Source of the DNA: an uncultured Bacteroidaceae bacterium
GTDB taxonomy: Bacteria > Bacteroidota > Bacteroidia > Bacteroidales > SM23-62
Assembly (NCBI GenBank): GCA_964574985.1
Contig: CAZNPH010000001.1
Coordinates: forward strand, 166,357 to 230,356
Length of the DNA: 64,000 nucleotides
Direction of reading: 5' to 3'
Positions within the stretch are counted from its first letter, which is position 1. Each line of letters opens with the position of its first letter. Made by a program: the position numbers and the translations under genes. The notes beneath the pieces were generated by a model. The model was given only the letters and a program-made list of their open reading frames with translations, did no database searches and was not told the DNA's origin. Positions 30,361 through 40,315 of this stretch are shown here, piece by piece.

Positions 30361-31122
30361 CTACCGCAATATTTTCCGTACGAAGGCCACAGTAAAATAG
30401 GACATCAGGAAAAGCCCTATAAAACCCTCGATCCCAGATATCCAGCGGATGGCACCGGAAGGGTAAAAATCCCCGTAACCAATGGTCAGGAAAGTAATGG
30501 CACTGTGGTAAAATGACCGTGCAAAAACACTCAGCTTATCCGGATCCCCGACGGAGGAAACAATGTCGGTAGAGGTGAAATATATCAGAAAAATAAAAAC
30601 CAGGCTGAAGAAAGAATATGATGTAAGCATGGATATGATGACCCGGACAGGATTGGTTGCATAGAGTCCGCCCCTGGCAAAACAGGCATGTTCAAAACTG
30701 ATTCCTTCACCTTCAAATTCAGCGAATGACAGATCAACGGGAGCCAGTGAATTGAAAAAGGAATTCCTTGCAGAAAAATTGCGGATCTTTATAAACTCAC
30801 GTTTGGGGATATCGTGCTGCCGGCGGTAATCCGAAAGCGAAAGGTTATCGATGCAACAATGATCCAGGTTCAGATCTCCCCCCCGTTCGATCTTTTCATA
30901 GATCTGATCCGCTTCCATATACCCCATAAGTTCGACAATGGATTGAAAGCCGTCCTTTGACTGAAAAGTTATGATCGCTGTCTGTGGAAATCTGACACCT
31001 TCTTCCGTGGTATATTTCAGCTTCTTGGTCTCAACCTGGAAAGATGAGAAATCAGGGAACATTTCTTTGTGCCGTTGTTTGCGCCCTACAAATATAGTAA
31101 ATTCGCCTGCTCGTGAAAACAC
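30361..31122 (-). CDS. Two-TM potassium channel with an N-terminal cytoplasmic domain
   Basis: 253 aa. Selectivity filter TIGYGD between two hydrophobic helices at the C-terminus. Confidence 0.8.
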   Translation of the reverse strand: MFSRAGEFTIFVGRKQRHKEMFPDFSSFQVETKKLKYTTEEGVRFPQTAIITFQSKDGFQSIVELMGYMEADQIYEKIERGGDLNLDHCCIDNLSLSDYRRQHDIPKREFIKIRNFSARNSFFNSLAPVDLSFAEFEGEGISFEHACFARGGLYATNPVRVIISMLTSYSFFSLVFIFLIYFTSTDIVSSVGDPDKLSVFARSFYHSAITFLTIGYGDFYPSGAIRWISGIEGFIGLFLMSYFTVAFVRKILR

Positions 31123-31129
31123 CGGTTAC

Positions 31130-34003
31130 TCATTCCCGGTGACAAATCATCCGGTAAGGACAATAACTGCACATATCCCGGTCCTCAACCTGCCGGAAAG
31201 GTATTTCCGGATCCATTAATTCGGAAACTGCCCCACAAAGCAGTTTCTCATAATCCTTCCTTATGGGAGCAAAATCATGTACCCGGAACTTCCTGTTATG
31301 CATGGTCAGATACAGTCTGTATTCATATCCTTTGTCATGGAGTCCCCGGAGATAGTACAGAGCGGGGACAACGGGAGTTTGCACCAAGTCATGGCCAAAG
31401 ATATATGCATAGAAAAAAGCCTGGAACGATGCGGCATCACGCTTTGGATCACCTCTTGTAAAAAGATCTTCCAGTGACCGGCTGGCCGGAGGAGGCTTTC
31501 CGGTCTTGTAATCAACGATTCTGGATCCTTCCTTTGTATGGTCTATCCGGTCGATCCTGCCTCCAATGAGCAGTTTTTTCCTGATCCCTTCAGATACAAC
31601 CGGAATGGAAGCGGTGCATTTTCTTTCCAGGGATTCAATCTCAAAAGGTGCCAGACCTGCATCGAAGTTAAAGATCATCTGCAGGTAATATTGCAGGATA
31701 TCTGCGATCAACAGGTTATTTCCCCGGATGTCATTCCGGCTGATCGTGGATGAATGAAAATATTCCCTCGAAAAAGCCTGGTTCAGCGCCTCGGTAATCC
31801 GGTTTTTATTCTTTATCAACTGATGAAAAATCAGTTCTTTTGTCAGTGTTTTCCCGACAAAGGGCTTATAGCTGTGCTCCAGGGCAGCATGCATCAGTTT
31901 TCCAAAAAGCCCCTGGTCAATATTTTCCGTGACTTTGTCCGGTTCGGTGAGATTCGCGATCTTTCTGAAATAGAAACGTAACGGGCAATCCAGGTAATCA
32001 TTCATGGCACTCGGAGAAATGTATTCACCACGCTCCGGATCCGTATACTTCTCCAGTTCCTGCATGACCGCCTGGCTCTTTTCTATGACAATCTCTTTTG
32101 TTTCAGATGTATTAATGGTAAAATCATACACTGATTCGGTTGTATTGAACCGGGGATCAAACTGCAACTGATATATAAACCGGGATTTTTCTCCGGTATG
32201 CAAGCCTTCTGTCCGGTTGTCATAAATAAATACTGCTTCCCGGGCACGCTGCAAGAGGCGGTAAAAGTAATAGGCGTAAACGGAATCCTGATGTTCGATG
32301 GTTGGCATTCCAAAGCCCCGGCGAAGTGAATAAGGAACGAAGGATGGATTGGATGTTGTCCTGGGAAAATTGCCCTCATTCATGGACAATACAATGATAT
32401 TCTGAAAATCAAGTGCCCGGGTTTCAAGGACCCCCATGATCTGTATACCTGCAAGCGGTTCGCCGGTAAAGGGGATACGCATATTCCGGACAACCTTTCT
32501 GAAAATCCTCAGAAAAGTAAATACATTCAATGCAATATCCTTTTGATTAATGATTTCCAGCAAACGCCGTGTGACCGTGTATAACTGATAAATGTATTCG
32601 CGGTCAAGCCTGGAAAGGATCACCTTTTGATCATCCTCCTCCGGGATCAAACCCCGGATGATGCCCAGAAAATAATCAGGCATTTCATCCAGGGAATTAA
32701 TCTTGCGGAAAATGACCGGAAGGACTTTTCCTTTCTCCATCATGGTTTGCGGAACATACATCCGGTTGGTTCTGAGAATATCTTCATTCAGACTACTGAC
32801 AATTTCCTCATCACGGCTTTGTATATACTGATGGTTGAGTATTGCCAGAACTTCGCGGTAATGGAACAGCGTTCCCTCCTGACTGCCCCGGAGGTTTCCC
32901 TGCAATTCAATGATGTGTTCAAAAAGACCGTATACCGGCGTATTCCGGAAAGGATACCCCATGGTAACATTGATCTGCCGTTGTTCGCCAGGCAATGCGT
33001 GCAGCAGAGGCATCAAAAGATTTTCATCTGCAAGTACGATACAGGTCCTGTTCATGATATCCTGCTCTTCACCGGATCCCTGAAGACCCGGGATGATCTC
33101 GGTAACCATACGGGCCTGTGCTACGCCGGAAGGTACCGAAATGACCCTGATCTTTGTATTTCCGCTGGAAAGATGATCGGTTTTTATTTTCTTCATTTCC
33201 GACGGAAACTCCCGGGAATACCGGCTGATGAAAAATCCTGCCTTGTGTTCCCTTTTCAGATAATATTCATCATAATCCCAGTAAAATTCAGCCCGGCCAA
33301 GATTCTTCAGTATCCTGAAAATTTTCTCCTCGCACGCATTCAATGCATTGAATCCGATGAAAATATGTCTTGTATACGGCAGATTTTTTTTGTTTGGATT
33401 TTCCAGGTCCCCGGCCAGTTTCCGGTAGATCATTCCTTCATATCCAATTGATTTCCTTTCCAGTATTTTCTTGAATTCGGTATAGATCCGGTAGAGAATT
33501 TCCCATACCGATATGAAGGCGCTTTTTTGTCTTGAAAACTGTTCAATGTCGAAATGTCTCCAGAACTCACGAATGACTTCTATTTGTTCAGGTTCCAGAT
33601 AATCAAAGCGATCTTCGATGGATTTTAATTCTGCCAGATTTCTGAAAAGATCCCGGGGATCTACCAGGTATTTATCCACATCATCAAAATCATTCAGGAG
33701 CATATCGCCCCACATATAAAACTCATCAAAGGGTTCACGGGTTTTCCCGGTACGCGTAAACACTTCATACAGATCAAACAACATCTCCAATCGGTCCCCA
33801 TTCCTGAGATTGGAAAGCTTCTCGATATATTCCGTAATAGTTAAAAAATCGGGAGACCACATGGGACGGGTGATAATCCCCGACAGATAGTTTTTCAGAA
33901 AAACAGACGGCCGGCGGTTCGGACAAATAACCACACAACCGGATAGACCCTCTCCGTGGGTCCTGTACAGGTGTTCGGCTACTTCGTATAAGAATGGTTT
34001 CAT
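31130..34003 (-). CDS. PD-(D/E)XK nuclease family protein, AddB-like
   Basis: 957 aa. C-terminal nuclease motif (GGRIDRID...RIVDYKTGK) and a terminal Cys cluster (CSYCPYRMIC). Operonic with the UvrD-type helicase. Confidence 0.8.
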   Translation of the reverse strand: MKPFLYEVAEHLYRTHGEGLSGCVVICPNRRPSVFLKNYLSGIITRPMWSPDFLTITEYIEKLSNLRNGDRLEMLFDLYEVFTRTGKTREPFDEFYMWGDMLLNDFDDVDKYLVDPRDLFRNLAELKSIEDRFDYLEPEQIEVIREFWRHFDIEQFSRQKSAFISVWEILYRIYTEFKKILERKSIGYEGMIYRKLAGDLENPNKKNLPYTRHIFIGFNALNACEEKIFRILKNLGRAEFYWDYDEYYLKREHKAGFFISRYSREFPSEMKKIKTDHLSSGNTKIRVISVPSGVAQARMVTEIIPGLQGSGEEQDIMNRTCIVLADENLLMPLLHALPGEQRQINVTMGYPFRNTPVYGLFEHIIELQGNLRGSQEGTLFHYREVLAILNHQYIQSRDEEIVSSLNEDILRTNRMYVPQTMMEKGKVLPVIFRKINSLDEMPDYFLGIIRGLIPEEDDQKVILSRLDREYIYQLYTVTRRLLEIINQKDIALNVFTFLRIFRKVVRNMRIPFTGEPLAGIQIMGVLETRALDFQNIIVLSMNEGNFPRTTSNPSFVPYSLRRGFGMPTIEHQDSVYAYYFYRLLQRAREAVFIYDNRTEGLHTGEKSRFIYQLQFDPRFNTTESVYDFTINTSETKEIVIEKSQAVMQELEKYTDPERGEYISPSAMNDYLDCPLRFYFRKIANLTEPDKVTENIDQGLFGKLMHAALEHSYKPFVGKTLTKELIFHQLIKNKNRITEALNQAFSREYFHSSTISRNDIRGNNLLIADILQYYLQMIFNFDAGLAPFEIESLERKCTASIPVVSEGIRKKLLIGGRIDRIDHTKEGSRIVDYKTGKPPPASRSLEDLFTRGDPKRDAASFQAFFYAYIFGHDLVQTPVVPALYYLRGLHDKGYEYRLYLTMHNRKFRVHDFAPIRKDYEKLLCGAVSELMDPEIPFRQVEDRDMCSYCPYRMICHRE

Positions 34004-34959
34004 CGACCGGTCTCCTTTTCATACTTTTTTCCCTGCCAGGTGTCTTTTTCTTCCAATTTCTTTTCAAACCTTTCAAGCACCTGATCATATCTCAATCCCC
34101 AGTCCGGAGCAATAAGAAAATCGCGGTGGGCTTCTCCGGCAATCCTTTCGACAATGATATCAGGCCTCAGCCGTTCCAGCAATTCCGCCATCAACCCGAG
34201 ATATTCATCCAAGCCGAACAGACTGAATTTTCCCGGATTCTGTGCATATTCAGCAGCCATCTGCGTATTTTTGACAATCTGCAGCTGATGGAACTTGACA
34301 CCTGAAAGGGGTAGTCCGGACAACAATTCTATTTCATGAATCAGATCTTTTCTGCTTTCTCCCGGCAGTCCGACGATCATATGGCCTGCAACATGAATCC
34401 CTTTAGCGGCGGTTTTCCTGATTGCCTCTGCAGATTCCTCCCACGTATGCCCACGGTTGATCAAGGCAAGTGTGTCATTGAAACAGGACTCGATCCCGTA
34501 TTCAAGGACAATATGGTAACGGTCCGAAAGCTTACGGAAATATTCAAGTTTTTCGTCATCCACACAATCCGGCCGGGTCCCGATGACCAGTCCGATCAAC
34601 CCCGGTATTTCAAGAGCTTGTTCATACAAGTTTTTTACATGTTCCAACCGTCCATAAGTATTTGTATACGGCTGAAAATAAGCCAAATACTGATGAGTCT
34701 TCCGGTATCTTTTCTTATAATACTCCATTCCTTCCTGTAATTGCTGCCCGATGGGCTTATGCGGACTGCAATATTTCGGATTGAATGCGTTGTTGTTGCA
34801 GTACGTGCACCCCCCTGTTCCTTTGGTGCCATCCCGGTTGGGGCAAGTAAATCCTGCATCAACGGCCAGTTTCTGGACCCTTCCTCTGAATTTTTTCCTG
34901 AAAAATCCGATATAGGCATTGAATCTTCTTTTTGTTCCCCAGGGATATGTCCTTGTCAT
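34000..34959 (-). CDS. Radical SAM protein, TIGR01212 (YhcC-like) family
   Basis: 319 aa. FTCPNRDGTKGTGGCTYCNN cluster region. ATGA overlaps at both ends with the flanking genes. Confidence 0.82.
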   Translation of the reverse strand: MTRTYPWGTKRRFNAYIGFFRKKFRGRVQKLAVDAGFTCPNRDGTKGTGGCTYCNNNAFNPKYCSPHKPIGQQLQEGMEYYKKRYRKTHQYLAYFQPYTNTYGRLEHVKNLYEQALEIPGLIGLVIGTRPDCVDDEKLEYFRKLSDRYHIVLEYGIESCFNDTLALINRGHTWEESAEAIRKTAAKGIHVAGHMIVGLPGESRKDLIHEIELLSGLPLSGVKFHQLQIVKNTQMAAEYAQNPGKFSLFGLDEYLGLMAELLERLRPDIIVERIAGEAHRDFLIAPDWGLRYDQVLERFEKKLEEKDTWQGKKYEKETGR

Positions 34960-37900
34960 TCCCGTGTTATTTTCTGCAGTTCATCCAGCATTACATACCA
35001 TACATAGCCTTCAATCTCCTGAAAACCCATTGCGGATAAATGGGACATATACTCCCGTACCTGCGAGGCATATATGTTTTCTTTCCGGCGGCCAAACTTA
35101 TAGTCCAGTACCACAACCTTCCGTGACTGGATCATCACCCTGTCGGGACGCCTGATCTTTCCCGCTCCCGTGATCATCTCACGCTCATTGATCACTTTCC
35201 ATTTGTCCGAAAACCAGTATGACCAAGGCTTCCGGGATATGATCCCTTCAATATGGCTACGCATTTTCATGCATTCGTTCCTGCCCATCTTTCCCTGTCT
35301 GAATATTTCCTCCATTGCCCTGTCCAGGTCATCACGGGTCTCTATCATCTCAAATACTTCGTGCATTATCCGGCCGTAACTGACCTTGTCTTTCCCCGCC
35401 GGATCAAAAAAATCATCTCCCCGGAACCTCAGTTTGAGTCTGTCCCCCAGCGGAACACTTCGAAAAGCACTCATTTTGCAGGTTTTTCCCCTCTTTTCTT
35501 CCGTCAGGACTTTCGCGGGCAATCCGAATTCCAGACGGCTCTTGTAGTTTTTCCCCTTCCCCGGAGCCACCGGTCTGTCCTTCGTAAATTCTTTCCTGGC
35601 AACGGACAGAACCAGATCGGCGATATCTGTCATTCCTTTATCCGACGGCTTGTCAGGCATAAACAGATAAAGCTCATCACAGGCTCTGGTCATGGACACG
35701 TACAGCAAATTAAAATGATCGACGAAGATTTTCAGTTTTTCCCTGTAGTATTCACCGGAAAAAAAGCTGTTCTCCAGCCTGCCGCTGTAAAGAACCGGGA
35801 CAAGCGGCAAACCGTCGAACGGCCGGATTTCCGGTTTGCACCACAATATGGTCTGATTGGCATGATGATCAAGTTTCCAGTCACAAAAAGGAAGGATCAC
35901 AACCGGGAATTCCAGACCTTTTGCTTTGTGTATGGTCATGATCCTGATGGCATCCTGCTGTTCTGAAATACTCAGATTCTTTTGCTTCCCTTCTTCTTCC
36001 CACCATTCAAGAAATGACACATTATCTGAAGGTTCTTTAGCTGCATACTCAGTTACCAGATCCTGAAATGCGTTGATAAAAGGCAAATCCCTGGATTTTC
36101 CCGACAGGGAAAAAATGCGTACGATCTCTTCGGTAAGTTCATAAAGAGGAAGATTCTTCAACCATTGACGGGTTTTCACAAATTCATCAGGAAGATATTC
36201 CAGCAAGATACTTTCATCTTCATGATTTCCTGCAGACATGAAAAGCTTCCCGGGATTTCTCCCGGAAGCGGACAGGATTGTCTGGGATTCATGCAACAAA
36301 AATGCTTTATTGATCCGGTCTCCGGGTTGATTAAGAAATTTCATGATACTGATGATCAGTTGTACAGCTGACGAACTGCCCACAAAAAGAGACTCCTGGG
36401 AAATGGTATCATAACTGTATTGTTCAGAGGCCATGGATGAGTCTTTGTAGTCCAGAATGGCATCGGTCATTTTCCTTACTTCTTCTCCCGTTCTGGCCAG
36501 TATGGCTATATCGCCCGGATGGTAGCCTCTTTCCTGCAGTTGTTCAATAACAGAAATGGTATTTCGAACCGCATCTTCCTGCCACTGTTTATTTGACGAT
36601 TCAAGGAACTCGAACCGCACATATCCGCCCGCTTTCTTTTTCTTCTGGTGACCAGGAACCTCCTGTCTTACATCCTGGTATACTTTTTTCAGCCGGCCGT
36701 CCATCCATCTTTGCAAGTCCTGATCCGAACCACCGGAAAGAATCAACTGATCAAGATGTGACTGAAGAATATCTGCCGCTGTGGAAAAGAACCGGTTGTT
36801 GCATTCCACGATTACTTCCCTGCTCCTCCAGTTGAAAACCAAGGGTTTGTATGCAATTCCGAAATGTCGGAAATCGTCGCCGATCATATCGGAAAGTATC
36901 TCCCAGTCCCCGTTCCGCCAGCGGTAAATGCTTTGTTTTATGTCCCCCACCAGCATGCTTTTATAATTCCGGGCAAGACTGTCGGCAATCAACGGCTTAA
37001 AATTGTCATACTGCAGAATGGAAGTATCCTGAAATTCATCGATCATGAAATGATGGAAATATTCACCGGTTTTTTCATAAATGAAAGGCGCTTCGTTTTC
37101 ACCGATGATGTCTTTGAGAAACCGGTTGGCGTCGGAAAGAAGAAAAAAGTTCATTTCTGACGCGTATGCATAAACGCGTTCCGAAACATCCGACAGAATC
37201 CCCAGGATATAAATGTTGCGAACGACCAGACGTGCTGTTTCATATTTTGCAAATTCATCTTCAAATTTTCTTACGGCCTTTGCAAGCAATTCGCCCAAAC
37301 CATTTTTCACCAGGTATGATATCTGTTTTTTCTTCTCACTTCCTGCGGAATACCAGCCCTCTGCATCATCAAGTGCATTACATACCCGGGTGCCCGGGAC
37401 TTTGCCGGTCCTGCCCGCTGACAAAGCTTCCAGATACCCCACAGGACCCGTTTTCCCGTATTTGAAATCCTCCACCTGCAGTCCGTTCCGGTTTACCAGC
37501 TCCATGGCTGCCCGCCCGGTGGCCATGAGATTTTCCTCATAGGATTTAATGATCCGGTATAAATCTTTTTTATAAGCCCGGAGAAATTTCCTGTCTGTAA
37601 ATTTTCTCTTCAATTCAGACCGGTGCATCTGGAACCTCTCATTGAATATTTCACGGGAAAGCTCCCTGATCAGGTATTTCAGGTTCCAGCTTCCGCCCTC
37701 TATGATCCGTTCCCTGGCAAATCCGGCCAACCATTGCAGCAGGAGGGGATCTTCTGAAAGCCCTGAAAACAATTCATCAATGGCATGATCCAGAACTTTG
37801 TGATGATCAAGTTCAACAGTATATCCTGCCTGTATTCCGATATCCCGGGCAAATCCCCGGATTATCTTTTGAAAAAAACGATCAATGGTCATAACATGAA

Positions 37901-38210
37901 ACCTGGAATAATTATGCAGGATCATACCAAGCATATAACCTGCACGCCGGCGGATCTGATCCTGATCGAATACTGTCATTTCCATCAGATATGCAAGGTT
38001 GCTGTTTCCCTGATCTTTTTGGTGATTGAGCAGATAAAGCTCGGAGAGAATCTTCACTTTCATTTCCCAGGCCGCCTTATTGGTAAAAGTTACAGCCAGG
38101 ATATGCCGGTAGCTTTCCGGATCCCTGAATAAAAGCTCAAGGTATTCACGGGCCAGTGTATATGTTTTACCGGAACCTGCAGATGACTTGTAAACAACAA
38201 GATTTGACAT
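34956..38210 (-). CDS. UvrD/REP-type helicase with C-terminal PD-(D/E)XK nuclease, AddA-like
   Basis: 1084 aa. Walker A SAGSGKTYTL, FMIDEFQDTS, and C-terminal RPDRV...VVLDYKFG. Confidence 0.85.
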   Translation of the reverse strand: MSNLVVYKSSAGSGKTYTLAREYLELLFRDPESYRHILAVTFTNKAAWEMKVKILSELYLLNHQKDQGNSNLAYLMEMTVFDQDQIRRRAGYMLGMILHNYSRFHVMTIDRFFQKIIRGFARDIGIQAGYTVELDHHKVLDHAIDELFSGLSEDPLLLQWLAGFARERIIEGGSWNLKYLIRELSREIFNERFQMHRSELKRKFTDRKFLRAYKKDLYRIIKSYEENLMATGRAAMELVNRNGLQVEDFKYGKTGPVGYLEALSAGRTGKVPGTRVCNALDDAEGWYSAGSEKKKQISYLVKNGLGELLAKAVRKFEDEFAKYETARLVVRNIYILGILSDVSERVYAYASEMNFFLLSDANRFLKDIIGENEAPFIYEKTGEYFHHFMIDEFQDTSILQYDNFKPLIADSLARNYKSMLVGDIKQSIYRWRNGDWEILSDMIGDDFRHFGIAYKPLVFNWRSREVIVECNNRFFSTAADILQSHLDQLILSGGSDQDLQRWMDGRLKKVYQDVRQEVPGHQKKKKAGGYVRFEFLESSNKQWQEDAVRNTISVIEQLQERGYHPGDIAILARTGEEVRKMTDAILDYKDSSMASEQYSYDTISQESLFVGSSSAVQLIISIMKFLNQPGDRINKAFLLHESQTILSASGRNPGKLFMSAGNHEDESILLEYLPDEFVKTRQWLKNLPLYELTEEIVRIFSLSGKSRDLPFINAFQDLVTEYAAKEPSDNVSFLEWWEEEGKQKNLSISEQQDAIRIMTIHKAKGLEFPVVILPFCDWKLDHHANQTILWCKPEIRPFDGLPLVPVLYSGRLENSFFSGEYYREKLKIFVDHFNLLYVSMTRACDELYLFMPDKPSDKGMTDIADLVLSVARKEFTKDRPVAPGKGKNYKSRLEFGLPAKVLTEEKRGKTCKMSAFRSVPLGDRLKLRFRGDDFFDPAGKDKVSYGRIMHEVFEMIETRDDLDRAMEEIFRQGKMGRNECMKMRSHIEGIISRKPWSYWFSDKWKVINEREMITGAGKIRRPDRVMIQSRKVVVLDYKFGRRKENIYASQVREYMSHLSAMGFQEIEGYVWYVMLDELQKITRE

Positions 38211-38336
38211 AATCTACCAGATCGGTCTAAGGTATGGAAATTCGAAAAAATATCAATGCCCGGGTATCCGGTTTCTGCATGGTAATTATTTTTATTTTTC
38301 GTATATTTTCCTCTGAAATCATCAATCGGCTGAATC

Positions 38337-38480
38337 ATGATCAGCAATCAATATACTTTTGCAGGTGCCATGCTTTTACTCATGGCGATAATTTTCGGAT
38401 GCAGCAGGGATCATGCTCCCCCACAGACCGTTAAATTTGATGTTTCACGCCTGGTAAAAACCGTTCAGGATTGTCCATGA
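38337..38480 (+). CDS. Small lipoprotein-like ORF or 5' remnant of a lipoprotein gene
   Basis: 47 aa: MISNQYTFAGAMLLLMAIIFGCSRDHAPP...DCP. It has a lipobox (IFGC). Its TGA (38478-38480) overlaps the first bases of repeat copy D. Below the ORF-track size cutoff. Confidence 0.25.
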   Translation: MISNQYTFAGAMLLLMAIIFGCSRDHAPPQTVKFDVSRLVKTVQDCP

Positions 38481-38599
38481 AACCCTCATCACCGATCCTG
38501 GATGTGGACAGTACGCGGGTGGCCGGCAACAAAAAATCATAATCCTTGAAATGAATATACACCGTATCAATTGCTAAACGATCAAATAAATATTTTCGA
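38477..38599 (+). repeat. Intergenic repeat family, copy D (5' box joined directly to the right half of the core, plus tail)
   Basis: ATGAAACCCTCATCACCGATC...GTGGACAGTACGCGGGTGGCCGGCAACAAAAAATCATAATC aligns with copy F apart from an internal deletion. GGCAAC (38525) lies 75 nt before ATG 38600. Confidence 0.8.
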
Positions 38600-39115
38600 A
38601 TGCAAACAGAAGATTCCATACGTATACTAAAGGCGCAGACGGAGAAACTCAATGAAAAAAAATTCGATCTGAATGCCTGGAAAAACTCCACCATCATTCT
38701 GCTGGAAAGGATTTTCGGTGGAGATAATAAAAAGATCGCCGCCCTCCGGAATATTAAATATGACCAGGGAAGCTGGGTACTGAGGGATGAAACAGGATAT
38801 ACAAATTCAATGGATGCCTGCCGGAAGATGGGCAGGGACGTGCTGGAAACGGCCATAGTCGAACTGGAAAATTTTGGAATGCCTGAAGTTACTGTTGACC
38901 AAATTGACTTCCGGATCATCCTCCATGCCCTTGAAGATGAGCTTTCGGGAAGTGAATTCAGGGAAATAAAAAGACTGCTTTCCAGGGAATCCAGTACCGG
39001 AGAAAAAAAGAAACTGATCATGACCAGACTGAAGTCCTTCGGACAGGATACGGCCGGGGCCATAATCGCTCATATTCTGACCAACAAACAGGTTTCCTCA
39101 AGGCTGAAGGATTAG
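38600..39115 (+). CDS. Hypothetical protein
   Basis: 171 aa with protein-like, helical composition. I recognise no motif. Preferred over the antisense ORF 38431..39063. Confidence 0.55.
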   Translation: MQTEDSIRILKAQTEKLNEKKFDLNAWKNSTIILLERIFGGDNKKIAALRNIKYDQGSWVLRDETGYTNSMDACRKMGRDVLETAIVELENFGMPEVTVDQIDFRIILHALEDELSGSEFREIKRLLSRESSTGEKKKLIMTRLKSFGQDTAGAIIAHILTNKQVSSRLKD

Positions 39116-39148
39116 ATTTTACTACCTTTGCCATCCAAAGGGAATACG

Positions 39149-40315
39149 ATGAAAAAGGTTGTTGTCGGACTATCCGGCGGTGTCGATTCAAGCATTGCGG
39201 CCTATCTTTTGAAAAAGCAGGGACACGAGGTAACCGGATTGTACATGATCAACTGGCACGATAAAACCGGCACCATTGAAGGAGCTTGCCCCTGGAAAGA
39301 TGATCTGATCTTTGCACAATTGGTGGCCCGCAAACTGGACATTGATTTCCACAGCATTGATCTGAGCCGGGAATATAAAAGCCGGGTTGTGGATTACATG
39401 TTCAGTGAATACCGGAAAGGCCGCACGCCAAATCCCGATGTATTGTGCAACCGGGAGATTAAATTCGATGTTTTTGCACGGACCGCGGAAAAATTCGGAG
39501 CGGAAATGATCGCCACCGGCCATTATTGCAGGAAAAGGACAACCGGAAAGATAAACAGACTCCTGGCCGGAGTCGACCGGAACAAAGAACAAAGTTATTT
39601 CCTTTGTCAGCTTTCCCAGGATCAGCTGGAAAACGTCCTGTTCCCCGTGGGAGAAATGACCAAGGAACAAGTCAGAAAACTTGCCGCAGACCTTGATCTG
39701 CCAACAGCACGAAGAAAAGATTCCCAGGGTATCTGTTTCATCGGCAGGATCGATCTTCCGGAATTCCTCAGGCAAAGAATGGAACCTGTAAAAGGTCAGG
39801 TTATTGAAATACCCCGGAGATTCGCCGGTTATCTGGAATATTGTGCAGACAGCAACGATCCGGAAAAACTCTCAAAGCCTTTCTTCTATCACCCCGGTGA
39901 CGGGGTGGTGATCGGAACCCACAACGGAGCCCATTTCTATACCATCGGTCAAAGAAAGGGTCTGAACATCGGGGGCAAGGAAAATCCATTGTTCGTGATA
40001 CATACCGACACGCAGAAGAACATCGTGTATACGGGACAGGGAAAGGATCATCCGGGACTTTTCAGAAAAGGCCTGTTCATAAGAAACGAAGACATCCACT
40101 GGCTGCGGAAAGACCTTGAACCGGCTCCCGGCGACCGGTTTGCCTGCCAGGCCAGGATCCGTTACCGGCAGCCACTTCAGAATGCCTCCCTGGTCAAAAA
40201 GAAAAACGGTTCGTATATTGTATTTGACCGGTTCCAACGCGGCATCACCCCCGGACAATTTGCGGCATGGTACCGGGACGATGAACTTCTGGGCTCCGGG
40301 GTCATTGCCCAATGA
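39149..40315 (+). CDS. mnmA: tRNA 2-thiouridine(34) synthase
   Basis: Start at ATG 39149 (MKKVVVGLSGGVDSS, PP-loop). CNREIKFD and ATGHY motifs. Confidence 0.93.
   Translation: MKKVVVGLSGGVDSSIAAYLLKKQGHEVTGLYMINWHDKTGTIEGACPWKDDLIFAQLVARKLDIDFHSIDLSREYKSRVVDYMFSEYRKGRTPNPDVLCNREIKFDVFARTAEKFGAEMIATGHYCRKRTTGKINRLLAGVDRNKEQSYFLCQLSQDQLENVLFPVGEMTKEQVRKLAADLDLPTARRKDSQGICFIGRIDLPEFLRQRMEPVKGQVIEIPRRFAGYLEYCADSNDPEKLSKPFFYHPGDGVVIGTHNGAHFYTIGQRKGLNIGGKENPLFVIHTDTQKNIVYTGQGKDHPGLFRKGLFIRNEDIHWLRKDLEPAPGDRFACQARIRYRQPLQNASLVKKKNGSYIVFDRFQRGITPGQFAAWYRDDELLGSGVIAQ

Noticed and set aside
38431-39063. 210-aa minus-strand ORF overlapping the 171-aa plus-strand ORF 38600..39115.
   Set aside because: It has a Ser/Phe/Leu-rich low-complexity composition typical of a shadow frame. 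It would also read through repeat copy D. The plus-strand ORF has a balanced, helical composition and sits at the conserved 75-nt distance from the repeat core.
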